From contig JBIKKO010000001.1 of assembly GCA_044360315.1 (NCBI GenBank), positions 43,377 through 107,376 on the forward strand: a DNA stretch of 64,000 nt, given 5' to 3'. The first letter of the stretch is position 1, and each line of letters opens with the position of its first letter. Below, in pieces: positions 1 through 8,450 of this stretch. Below the pieces are notes generated by a model. That model had not been told where the DNA came from. It saw nothing but the letters and a program-made list of their open reading frames with translations, and made no database searches. The stretch is from Oligoflexales bacterium (GTDB lineage Bacteria; Bdellovibrionota_B; Oligoflexia; Oligoflexales; RGVZ01). A program made the translations under genes and the position numbers.

Positions 1-866
1 AAAACCTCGGCTATAGTTTCATGGAGACCGTACCAATTTTTGTTCTTCACCACCTCAATAAGACGCTCCCATAGACGACGCTGTCCTGAAATAGCGGCAT
101 GCTTAAGAGCCTCTGCAGCTCCGCTCTTTAAATTCGCCTCATCAAGGGTCGCGAGCCATGCGGCACAAATACTAACGCTTGCTGGGGGGTAGAACAAACC
201 AAGTTGGTTTTTACCCCAAGGTTCAAAATTCACTCCAACCTTACCCCCCGTCGAGCTATCAACCATCGCCAGCAGGGTCGTCGGTACAAAGTGACAAGGT
301 ACATCGATCAAACCACACACAAACCCAACGACATCGCAAGCAACCCCCCCTCCAACGACCACAACATTATGATAGGTACCTTTTCTTGATCTTAAAATCG
401 CTGCAATTGCGGCGCTTGATTCCAGGTTTTTTCCAGCTTCCGATATGTCCAGCGTTAAGAAATGAAAAGGAATAACATGCCACCAAAACTCCGCGACCTT
501 TCGATCTACAAAAATCAGATCGCCTGAATCAAAGGAACTAAAGACATCCCTGATGTCACTAAAGAATTTAATTGTAGACTCCAAACAATCAGATTGAGCG
601 TGATCAACGCCAACGACGCCAACGACGCCAACCCCCCGCTTATAAACCTTCGCTGCCTTTACGTAAGAGCTTTGCGCCTTGGGCTCAATATCGGAGATAT
701 CCCATACCATCTCACGCGTTAACTTTCGGGAAAACGCTACCCGTAGGACCGCCATCACAGATTCATCGCCAAACAAGTGGACTGACAAAGACCGCTCATT
801 CTGGGACAACGGTTCGAATAGCCCATGGGTCCAAATAAATCTAGTTTGCTCCGGATTGTATGGCAT
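1..866 (-). CDS. aroB: 3-dehydroquinate synthase, partial (start codon at 866-864; C-terminus lies beyond the window start)
   Basis: Absent from the ORF track because it runs off the edge. My translation of the minus strand is open for 288 codons. It contains VVVVGGGVACDVVGFVCG, VPTTLLAMVDSSTGGKVGVN and GKNQLGLFYPP, the hallmark AroB motifs. Confidence 0.8.
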   Translation of the reverse strand, partial: MPYNPEQTRFIWTHGLFEPLSQNERSLSVHLFGDESVMAVLRVAFSRKLTREMVWDISDIEPKAQSSYVKAAKVYKRGVGVVGVVGVDHAQSDCLESTIKFFSDIRDVFSSFDSGDLIFVDRKVAEFWWHVIPFHFLTLDISEAGKNLESSAAIAAILRSRKGTYHNVVVVGGGVACDVVGFVCGLIDVPCHFVPTTLLAMVDSSTGGKVGVNFEPWGKNQLGLFYPPASVSICAAWLATLDEANLKSGAAEALKHAAISGQRRLWERLIEVVKNKNWYGLHETIAEV

Positions 867-1063
867 GAACCTAGGGGTGTTTATGATGAATTTATGAATG
901 AGCAAATTTGAAACCTTTTCTTTGTAATTTTAGCCTAATGAGGACCCGGCTGACCTCCATCATAACACACCAAACTTAAGAGTCAGACCCCACCCTCCGA
1001 ATCTATCCTATCAGATTCAGGTTTGGACGGCGCCAGGATGGCACCGCAGTAAAGGACTCAAGG

Positions 1064-1573
1064 ATGAGTTTGACCCACAAAATGGCTGGACCCTCGGGAA
1101 AACACTTCCGAAAACAGCTGGACAACATCACACGCCGCAAGCTCAATGAGTCAAAAGTCGTTTCGCTATCTGACTACAGAGACATTAAAAAGTCCAAAAG
1201 TAAGAAAACTGTGCTCGTCGTAGACGACGAGGAAATCATGCGTAACGCCTTAAAGCGCGTCCTAGAAGGTGAAAGCTATAATGTTCTCCTAGCTGAAGAT
1301 GGCTATGCACTTAGTCACTTTTTAGAAACAACCATCTTGGATGTCATTTTACTCGACGTGAATCTACCCTGGGTGGATGGTTTTGAGCTCGTGCACCTGA
1401 TTAAAAGTCATAATGTTTTGAAGGACGTCCCCGTCATCATGGTATCTGGACGCAAATCTACGGAAGACATTCAGCGGGCGATGGCTCTCGGAGCCAACGA
1501 TTTTATTGCAAAACCTTTTGACGTGGACTTCCTCCTAAACGCCATCCGCAAGAATCTGCAAAGTGCTGTCTAA
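1064..1573 (+). CDS. single-domain response regulator (CheY-like receiver) with a basic N-terminal extension
   Basis: VLVVDDEE...DVILLDVNLPWVDGFEL...VPVIMVSGRKS...GANDFIAKPF carries the acidic pocket, the phospho-acceptor Asp and the conserved Lys of REC domains. No output domain is present. Confidence 0.85.
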   Translation: MSLTHKMAGPSGKHFRKQLDNITRRKLNESKVVSLSDYRDIKKSKSKKTVLVVDDEEIMRNALKRVLEGESYNVLLAEDGYALSHFLETTILDVILLDVNLPWVDGFELVHLIKSHNVLKDVPVIMVSGRKSTEDIQRAMALGANDFIAKPFDVDFLLNAIRKNLQSAV

Positions 1574-1632
1574 AAGGTGATAAGTAAGCTAAAAATTTAA
1601 CCTTTTCAGCATCCCTATCACCTAAAAACTTA

Positions 1633-1661
1633 TTGACACACCCCAACATGGTCAGTTATAC
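1633..1661 (+). promoter_or_regulatory. candidate sigma70-type promoter for tRNA-Asn
   Basis: TTGACA (1633-1638), a 17-nt spacer, then TTATAC (1656-1661), about 19 nt upstream of the tRNA 5' end. Confidence 0.35.
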
Positions 1662-1680
1662 CATTTATCCCGCGGTTTAT

Positions 1681-1756
<76 letters not shown>

Positions 1757-1866
1757 TTCCCATCAACTTCACACTTTTTCTTCCTCAAGTTAACAGACCT
1801 TAAGGACGGCGGATCGCCATAGAACTCAATACTGAGTTTATTGCATTTCTGGACCGTAATCTTTTT

Positions 1867-2652
1867 GGCTCTTCCCCAGAATTTGTGGGCGTGAAATCCG
1901 CTTAGCGACCTAGTTCAGCTCGCCCATCACCAGTCCATTTCAGCATTGTGCTCGACCGCGTCAAGGTTGCCCTCGCATGCGCTCGGCGGCTCCGCCGACC
2001 CTGACGCTGGCCTGCGCGCATTGCTGAAGCTGGACTGTGGGTGATGGGGAGCAGTTGGGTATTGCCTCCGGCGGGGGTTCCGAAGAGCGGTAAAAAAAGG
2101 CGTGCATGCCTTACAATTTTCTGCGATGGATATTTTACTAGGAATATTTAACCGCAAAACAGGGCAAGGCATGCACATACGTTCAATCCTAAATCGCGTC
2201 GAAAAACTCAAGGGTTTTGTTTACACCTCTGAAAAATATGTTGGCTCTGGTGATCGTCCGAGCCTTGAAGTGACCGTAAGACCGCGAAAAGGTTGCAAAG
2301 GCCTCTGCGCTAGCTGCGGTAAGAAAGGTCCTACCTACGACACCGGGGAGCCTCGGAGGTTCAAGTATATACCCATATGGGGGATTATGGTGTTCTTCAT
2401 ATATTGTATGCGACGCATAGATTGCAAGAAATGCGGTGTGACGACCGAGATGATCCCGTGGGCTTGACGGCATCATGACCCACTTCTCAAAGGCTATCGA
2501 TGAGATCCGAGCTGGCGAGCATAGATCTTTAAAGGACAAAGGGCTTGAGACACTCAAACACTCGCGTTGGTGCCTGCTCAAACGCGAAGAGAACCTAACC
2601 GACAAGCAACGCAATCGCCTAGCCGACCTGCTAGCATACAAGGTGACGCCGT
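1867..2652 (+). mobile_element. decayed ISL3-family insertion sequence remnant (transposase broken by a frameshift and internal deletion, 3' end missing)
   Basis: ORF 2102-2467 has the Cys-rich zinc-finger N-terminus typical of ISL3 transposases (CASCGKKG...CKKCGV). After a frame change, 2466-2652 reads HFSKAIDEIRAGEHRSLKDKGLETLKHSRWCLLKREENLTDKQRNRLADLL, a region that lies much later in intact ISL3 transposases. GGCTCTTC at 1867 resembles an ISL3 terminal repeat start (from memory, tentative). Confidence 0.65.
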
Positions 2653-2849
2653 AGTTCTTGCCACTGGGGGCCTTTGTCAGGTGGCTGTGCCTTACGCGGC
2701 TCAAGTAGGCAGCAAACTTAAAACAGGTCACATTGTCATTGTACTTCAGCCGGCGACAAGCAGTGGCTACAGTATTAAAAGTGCCGTAGAGTTTCCGGGG
2801 ACAGTCCACTGATCGGCTCTAGCAATTGCGGCCTGCGCCTTAGCCGTCA

Positions 2850-3248
2850 CTAAGCTCTGCAAATCACCCGAATGCCAATACATTCGCCAATGGTTACATC
2901 TAAGTCGTTGCTGATAAGCGTGAGCCCATACTGCTTTGCGGTAGCGACGATCCAGGCATCTTGAGAAGTGAGAAACCGTCCGGCCTTCTTTGAGACCGCA
3001 CGAACGGCTGCATAATGCATCGCGGTCTCATGATCTATCGGCAATACGACATACTCGCTAACAAGTGAATCAATCTTTTGTTGCTTAGGCTTTCCCCAGC
3101 CTTTATATTCCGCTCCAAAATAAAGCTCACCGATAGTCTGAGCTGACAAATAGAGCGGTTGATCCGATTCAAGCTCAGGCCGATAGGGAAGTGCTAAAGG
3201 ATCGCCTCGAAAAATATAGGAAACCAGCATGGTGTCGACAATATACAT
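2850..3248 (-). CDS. vapC: PIN-domain toxin, VapC family
   Basis: 132 aa. N-terminal MYIVDT acidic residue and C-terminal LISNDLD. The size and spacing fit a PIN ribonuclease, and a small upstream partner gene sits 10 nt away. Confidence 0.75.
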   Translation of the reverse strand: MYIVDTMLVSYIFRGDPLALPYRPELESDQPLYLSAQTIGELYFGAEYKGWGKPKQQKIDSLVSEYVVLPIDHETAMHYAAVRAVSKKAGRFLTSQDAWIVATAKQYGLTLISNDLDVTIGECIGIRVICRA

Positions 3249-3258
3249 GGCTGATCAA

Positions 3259-3501
3259 TCAAAAAGACTTTTTGCGAGATTGCATAGCATCTTCTCGTCG
3301 CGCTTCAACGATCGCCTGAGCAAGTTCCTCGGCAGCCGCAGGTTCTAAATTTAATCGCAGGTCCTCAAGTTTGCGCCCAAACTTTGCTCCTTGGGCCTTT
3401 GCAATTTCTAACGCCTTGCGCTGAGCGGGGGAAAGATTGCTTTCATCAAATGAATTCTTTGACGGCTTCATGGGCTGACGCTGCCTTTCTGTATCTTGCA
3501 T
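3259..3501 (-). CDS. putative antitoxin partner of VapC
   Basis: An 80-aa charged protein immediately upstream of vapC on the same strand. No DNA-binding fold could be recognised by eye. Confidence 0.45.
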   Translation of the reverse strand: MQDTERQRQPMKPSKNSFDESNLSPAQRKALEIAKAQGAKFGRKLEDLRLNLEPAAAEELAQAIVEARREDAMQSRKKSF

Positions 3502-3668
3502 TCTTTCTCCTTAGTATCGGCTGCAGACTAGATTTCTAAAGCCCGCTTTAGCAAAGTTCGTCGAATTATAGCGAGAACCGAGTGTTTTGACTTCTCAAAT
3601 AATTGGGTCATACTCTTATGAATATCGGACATTTCGACGCTCTCGCCTCATCTATCAGTCCTAGAGGC

Positions 3669-3884
3669 CTTCAATATCTTCATCACTGTCGCAGCCTGCC
3701 ATTTAGCACGCCGCGACTTCGTCGGCACTCCCATGGAATTCAGGATATCGGCAATTTTCCAATAGCTGACACTTTGTCACGGAGATCAGCCATATGCTTC
3801 ATGGTATCTAATTCACGCTGGCTCACCTCAACCCGCCCCTTGATTACTTTTGATCCATATCCAATCTGCCCAGGCCGATACCAC
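3669..3884. repeat. 216-bp direct repeat, copy 1 (partner at 13714-13929)
   Basis: Aligned by hand. About 12 mismatches, all within the first ~95 bp. The last 122 bp (3763-3884 versus 13808-13929) are identical. Confidence 0.9.
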
Positions 3885-3934
3885 TGCGTCTTGTCCGGTT
3901 CACGAAGCGGTATGCCGAACCCCTGTAGTAGCAA
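3669..3934 (-). pseudogene. fragment of a large serine recombinase (Recombinase-domain portion only, frameshifted)
   Basis: The minus strand reads ...WYRPGQIGYGSKVIKGRVEVSQRELDTMKHMADLRDK, then shifts frame to SYWKIADILNSMGVPTKSRRAKWQAATVMKILK. This matches the PFGY...EA..V..IF...G.S...IA..LN..G..T..G..W....V..IL pattern. No catalytic resolvase domain is attached. Confidence 0.6.
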
Positions 3935-3953
3935 TAGACATTTTTCACTTTAG

Positions 3954-4622
3954 AACGCTGAAAATGAAAACAGAGGTAACGCCCTCACGGACCTCCAAAG
4001 CCTTCTTGAGTGTATGTATCTACACTTTCGTGATGTCGCAAAGGCCGTCGATTTTGGCGATAACCATGTCGATAAAGGCGTCTCCGGCAAAACCATTGAA
4101 CGCCCTGCACTTCGAAAGTTGATAGTGGATGTCAAAGCTGGAAAACTCACAACAATAATTACTTTCGAATTGTCGCACCTTAGCCGGAATTTTTTGGACA
4201 CATTATTTGTTATGCAAACAATCACTGCGGCTGGGGTAGAGGTTGAGTGCCCAGGCGATGGAGTAGTTCAATTCGAAAACACCCTTGAGCAGTTTATGGT
4301 TGCTGCATGCAGCCTCTCATCAGCTCAGGAGCGAGAGCGGATTTCCGAACGGACCAAGGCAGGTCTGATGGTGGCAAGAGCCCGGGGCGTCAAACTCGGT
4401 GCGAAGTCCGGTTGGACAAGAAAACTTGGGTGGCGAAAAGACTATCACGCAACCGAACCGCAACTTATTGAAAAAATTGTCTCCAAAAGACAACGTGGCA
4501 GATCATATGCCGAAAACGCAGGCGATCTCGGCATTTCAGTTAACAAGAGGTTTCGAATAGCGAAGCGTATTGCCATGCAACATCAGCAAGGCCGGATTGT
4601 TAACTCTGCAAAGGGGAATTAA
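3954..4622 (+). pseudogene. small serine recombinase (resolvase/invertase), 5'-truncated and lacking the catalytic-Ser segment
   Basis: DKGVSGKTIERPALRKLIVDVKAGKLTTIITFELSHLSRNFLD...SSAQERERISERTKAGLMVARARGVKLG matches the resolvase core, with a C-terminal HTH-like tail. The reading frame is closed by TAG at 3951-3953, before the expected YxRVSTxxQ region. Confidence 0.7.
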
Positions 4623-6045
4623 TCAAAAATTTCAAAATCACGCGCACCCCTTGTTGCGTATTTTCAATGCGGGCCCTTCCGCCGTGAAGTCTTGCAATTT
4701 CCTGTACAAAGGCTAACCCTAGACCGCTACTTTTTCGTCCAGTACTTGCCCGGGGCAAGGAGTAAAACCGCTCGAAGACCCTTGGGAGCGCATAATCGGG
4801 GATCTGTGATCCGACATCTTCGACCGATAATTCTACGTGTCGTAAATCGGAATTCCGGGCCGTAACTTCAATCGCTGTCCCCTGAGAGGCAAACTCCATA
4901 GCATTTTGAAGCAAATTTGAAATCGCCTGCGTTAAAAGGAATTCATCTCCCCAAAAGACGAGATTGGAATCTACATGCGTCTTCAGACTGAGTTGCCGCT
5001 GCTTGAGTGTTGCTTCTATTGAATGTGTCAATTCGTCGATTAATGCACCTAGCTCAACCCGTTCGCAATTCACTAGCTCTTTACTTCGCTCGATTTCACT
5101 TAAATTTAAAAGACGGTCCGCAATATCCTGTAGCCTGGCTGTCTCTGTTGCGATGTTCTTTAAAAATTTCGTTCGATCCACTTCCGTCATGGTTTCTTGC
5201 AACAGTTCGGATGCCGACCGAATACCGGTTAGCGGACCTTTGATTTCATGCGTCAGATTCTGGACATAGTTCTCTATGTATAGCTTTCCCTCCAATGTCT
5301 CCCGCATATGCTCAAATGCTTGGGCAAGCTCCGAAAGTTCTCGCGGTGCGAGTACCGGCTTCGGAGGATTTTGTCCTTCAGATATTAAAGAGGCATAGTC
5401 TTTCAGCCTTAGAATAGGCTTGGTAATGACGAAAGTTATGAAGATGATCAGCGCAACAAATACCAAAGCCGACGCGACCCCGATCAAAGTAATTCTCTTT
5501 TGCGCCGCGTGAATAAAAATATTCATCGTCTCTGGCGGCTTCGCGACCGTCAATACGCCTTTGATCTGTTTATCAACAATGATCGGAGCCGAAACATGCA
5601 TGACGGAAGTGAAAGGGTCATCGGTATTCGTTCGTGTTGCACGCGCGCCGTATTCGCCTCGTAGTGTTTTTACGATATCATTCCATTGACTAAAATCGGC
5701 GCCTACCTCCTTGCCTTTTGAATCGAAAACTACAATGCCATGTGCATCGGTAACGTAAACCCTTAGATCTATATTTGCTTTCACAACATCGTAGATTTTA
5801 GCTTCAAATCGCTTCTTGTATGCGTTGTCGAATGATCCCTGCAAAAATATGTTGGGGTTACCACCCTGCTCTTGGGAATTCTCAACCATCGCAGCCAGCA
5901 CGTTGGCAAAGTCGATGAGCGAATCCTCAATGCCTTCAAGATAACGTGGCCGAAGTTCCGATCTGACCCAGTCGGTTAGATAAAAAAAGAAAAAGCCATT
6001 AAGGATCAAAAATCCTAGGATTAGACGAAATCGTATGCTCACCAC
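4600..6045 (-). CDS. creC: sensor histidine kinase, CreC-like
   Basis: Two TM helices flank a periplasmic domain with YVTDAHGIVVFDS...FSQWNDIVKTLRGEYGARATR, as remembered for E. coli CreC. H-box LTHEIKGPL. C-terminus IPDYALPRVFERFYSLPRA...SSGLGLAFVQEIARLHGG. Confidence 0.8.
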   Translation of the reverse strand: MVSIRFRLILGFLILNGFFFFYLTDWVRSELRPRYLEGIEDSLIDFANVLAAMVENSQEQGGNPNIFLQGSFDNAYKKRFEAKIYDVVKANIDLRVYVTDAHGIVVFDSKGKEVGADFSQWNDIVKTLRGEYGARATRTNTDDPFTSVMHVSAPIIVDKQIKGVLTVAKPPETMNIFIHAAQKRITLIGVASALVFVALIIFITFVITKPILRLKDYASLISEGQNPPKPVLAPRELSELAQAFEHMRETLEGKLYIENYVQNLTHEIKGPLTGIRSASELLQETMTEVDRTKFLKNIATETARLQDIADRLLNLSEIERSKELVNCERVELGALIDELTHSIEATLKQRQLSLKTHVDSNLVFWGDEFLLTQAISNLLQNAMEFASQGTAIEVTARNSDLRHVELSVEDVGSQIPDYALPRVFERFYSLPRASTGRKSSGLGLAFVQEIARLHGGRARIENTQQGVRVILKFLINSPLQS

Positions 6046-6767
6046 GATTCCTTTACCGAATAACCTAATCCGCGATGGGTGATTACGGCCTCAATATCGG
6101 GTCGGATAGCATTCAGTTTTGTTCGCAAGGTTTTGATATGAGTATCGACGGTACGATCCAAACTTGCTTCTGGCTGCTCCCAGGCCATTTCCATAAGTTT
6201 ATCTCTGGAATAAACCCAGCCAGGTCTTTTGATGAGTACGCAAAGGATACGGAATTCCTGACGTGAAAGATTGAGAGGGCTGTCAAAATAAGTGATGGAG
6301 CAACGGTCCTCATCAACTCGGAAAGGAAAATTCTTTGGTGTGGTAGTTTTTGGTGCTGAATGATTATATGCACCTTCAGTCGCCGTCTGCTGGCGCAGCT
6401 CTTCTGTAAACCGAAGTATTGCGCGGACCCGCGCAGTTAATTCTCGGGGACTAAATGGTTTAGTAAGATAATCGTTTGCCCCAATCTCCAAACCGACGAC
6501 ACGATCAATTTCGCCGTCTCTTGCAGTTAGAAAAATTATTGGGATAGCCCTGGTAGCTAATTTCAGTTGGCGACACAGATCAAAGCCGCTCATGTCCGGC
6601 AAGCCTACGTCGAGAACAATTAGATGGAAAGGTTCCTTGTCAACGCGAGCCAAAGCTTCGGTTCCAGTCGTAACGTGGACTGCTGAAAACCCTTCGGATG
6701 AGAGCGCATAGAGCACGCTGTCCGCAATTGATTGTTCATCTTCGATAATAAGTATATGTGTTTTCAA
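6039..6767 (-). CDS. creB: OmpR-family response regulator, CreB-like (TTG start)
   Basis: ILIIEDEQSIADSVLYAL...LIVLDVGLPDMSGFDLCRQL...IIFLTARDGEIDRVVGLEIGANDYLTKPFSPREL plus winged-helix DRTVDTHIKTLRTKL...THRGLGYS. The gene overlaps creC by 7 nt. Confidence 0.85.
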   Translation of the reverse strand: MKTHILIIEDEQSIADSVLYALSSEGFSAVHVTTGTEALARVDKEPFHLIVLDVGLPDMSGFDLCRQLKLATRAIPIIFLTARDGEIDRVVGLEIGANDYLTKPFSPRELTARVRAILRFTEELRQQTATEGAYNHSAPKTTTPKNFPFRVDEDRCSITYFDSPLNLSRQEFRILCVLIKRPGWVYSRDKLMEMAWEQPEASLDRTVDTHIKTLRTKLNAIRPDIEAVITHRGLGYSVKESW

Positions 6768-6828
6768 ACCCTTACCGTTCCCGCGCTCTGAATCTTGTCC
6801 GCTCCAAAAAGTTTGAGTTTACACCGAT

Positions 6829-6844
6829 TTCACATCGATTTCAC
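6829..6844. promoter_or_regulatory. exact match to the CreB cre-tag consensus TTCACnnnnnnTTCAC
   Basis: TTCAC (6829-6833), atcgat, TTCAC (6840-6844). It lies mid-way in the 147-bp divergent intergenic region between creB (start 6767) and the exosortase gene (start 6915). Confidence 0.5.
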
Positions 6845-6914
6845 GCTCTTTTCAAATAATTCCCACAACCAAATCCGATAGTTAGTGTTAGGCCACAGCT
6901 GAAGAGAGGAACGG

Positions 6915-8450
6915 ATGCTAAACGAACCCAAACAAAACGCGACCGAGAAGGCCCACGTTCATACCAAGTATGCTTCGGCCATCCTCGGAGCTGGAGTGCT
7001 TATACTATGGATGTGGCATGTAGCGCCGAGTTTCTCCTGGTATCTGAAAAACTTGTTTGCCGGTCACGCTACGTTCAGCCTTCTGGCCTTTTCACTAGCA
7101 TCCGTTTTCTGGTTCCGCGATTTCAGAATTAAAAAAGAACTACCAATCTTTGAATTCAAAGATAGCAAATTGGCGCTCGTGTTAGTGGCGATTGCGCTCA
7201 CTATCATGGTGAGTAATCGCTACTACCTCCATTTAAATACCCTACGGGCATTTTCATCGTCGCTCCTTACGCTAGGCGTTGTTGGTCTTGTCACTGACCG
7301 CTACCGCTATTCTCGATCCCTTCCTCTTGGGATTTTCATTTGTGCGCTGGTGCCCTTGGAAAAACACATCGAAACCTTTGTTGGTTTTCCTCTGAGGTTA
7401 CTCACCGCAGAAGCCACAACATATCTGCTCGGCTCACTTGGAATGAATATTCAAGGGATGTCGACCATTTTGGTTGTCGAGAATGCCGCATCATCGGTCG
7501 ATTCAGTTTGTAGCGGAGTAAAGACCATATGGGCGGGGATGCTTTTTTTCATGTTGGCTAGTTATACTTCGCAGCAAAAATTCAACGTGAAATGGATTAC
7601 GAAAGCATTTCTGATTCTAATTTTGTTGGTATTGGCAAACTTCCTACGTGTCCTTTTACTGTCGGTGATCGCCCTCGCCATCCAAAGCAAGGAAATTTTT
7701 AATCTTTTACATTTACCATTAGGCGCTTTCGCTTTTGCCGCTGTTTGTCTTTATGCCAGCCAGATTCTCCCGAGAAACGGTGGCACAACTGAAATCGACA
7801 ACCTAAAGTGTCGCAATGGATCACTCAAATCTCCGATAGCAGCATTTAGCTTACTTATTTTTTCAGTACTACTCACACCAATGAGTATCGAAGGATCGAT
7901 AGCTTCTGAGCGTAAGTTTGATAAGGGCCTTAACATCAATTTCACGGCAAATATGATCACAACACCAATACCACTTACCGATCAAGAAAAAGCATTCTTC
8001 ATCCAGAATCAGGGTGCAAGTGTTTCTAAATGGAGATTTACCCACAACAATGACTCCAGAATGACTGGCACGTTGATCATTAGCCTTTCACGCTCCGGAA
8101 TTGCTCAACACGACCCACTTCAATGTCTCCTTGGAAGTGGCAATGAAGTTCAGTCGCTAAATACGATATTAGTCAGCCGGGATTTTCCGGCAAAAGTAGC
8201 AACCATTAATCGTGGACATTCGCAGGTCTTCTATTGGTTTCAAAGTGAACAAGGATTGACCGACGAATTTTCCCACAGATTCTGGGCGGGTCTGTTTAAT
8301 AACCGCCCTTGGGTAATGGTATCCGTTTTATTCGACAGCGCGGCCAACAACAGTCCAAACGACATCCTAAATTTTCTGAAAAAAATTCGTATCGATATCG
8401 CACACATTTTTTCTGACGAGGAGATTAATCATGACGTACGCCGCATCTAA
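6915..8450 (+). CDS. exosortase-family transpeptidase fused to a C-terminal EpsI-like domain
   Basis: Polytopic N-terminal ~300 aa with FPLRLLTAEATTYLLG, catalytic-type Cys in SVDSVCSGVKTIW (Cys199, 7509-7511), Arg in LANFLRVLL and His in LHLPLGAF. The C-terminal ~180 aa carry HDPLQCLLGSG and VFYWFQSEQG, resembling EpsI/DUF3485. Confidence 0.8.
   Translation: MLNEPKQNATEKAHVHTKYASAILGAGVLILWMWHVAPSFSWYLKNLFAGHATFSLLAFSLASVFWFRDFRIKKELPIFEFKDSKLALVLVAIALTIMVSNRYYLHLNTLRAFSSSLLTLGVVGLVTDRYRYSRSLPLGIFICALVPLEKHIETFVGFPLRLLTAEATTYLLGSLGMNIQGMSTILVVENAASSVDSVCSGVKTIWAGMLFFMLASYTSQQKFNVKWITKAFLILILLVLANFLRVLLLSVIALAIQSKEIFNLLHLPLGAFAFAAVCLYASQILPRNGGTTEIDNLKCRNGSLKSPIAAFSLLIFSVLLTPMSIEGSIASERKFDKGLNINFTANMITTPIPLTDQEKAFFIQNQGASVSKWRFTHNNDSRMTGTLIISLSRSGIAQHDPLQCLLGSGNEVQSLNTILVSRDFPAKVATINRGHSQVFYWFQSEQGLTDEFSHRFWAGLFNNRPWVMVSVLFDSAANNSPNDILNFLKKIRIDIAHIFSDEEINHDVRRI

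Noticed and set aside
605-633. In-frame 9-bp tandem repeat AACGACGCC x2 (plus partial copies) inside aroB, encoding GVGVVGVVGV.
   Set aside because: A short slippage-type duplication in a poorly conserved N-terminal region. The frame is preserved and there is no sign of phase variation (not a homopolymer, not at the 5' end).
2189-2809. 206-aa minus-strand ORF spanning the ISL3 remnant.
   Set aside because: Most of it is antisense to recognisable ISL3 transposase coding sequence and translates to low-complexity Arg/Ser-rich sequence. Only its first ~50 aa (2652-2800) might be a real IS110-like fragment; see the finding on the tRNA-adjacent debris.
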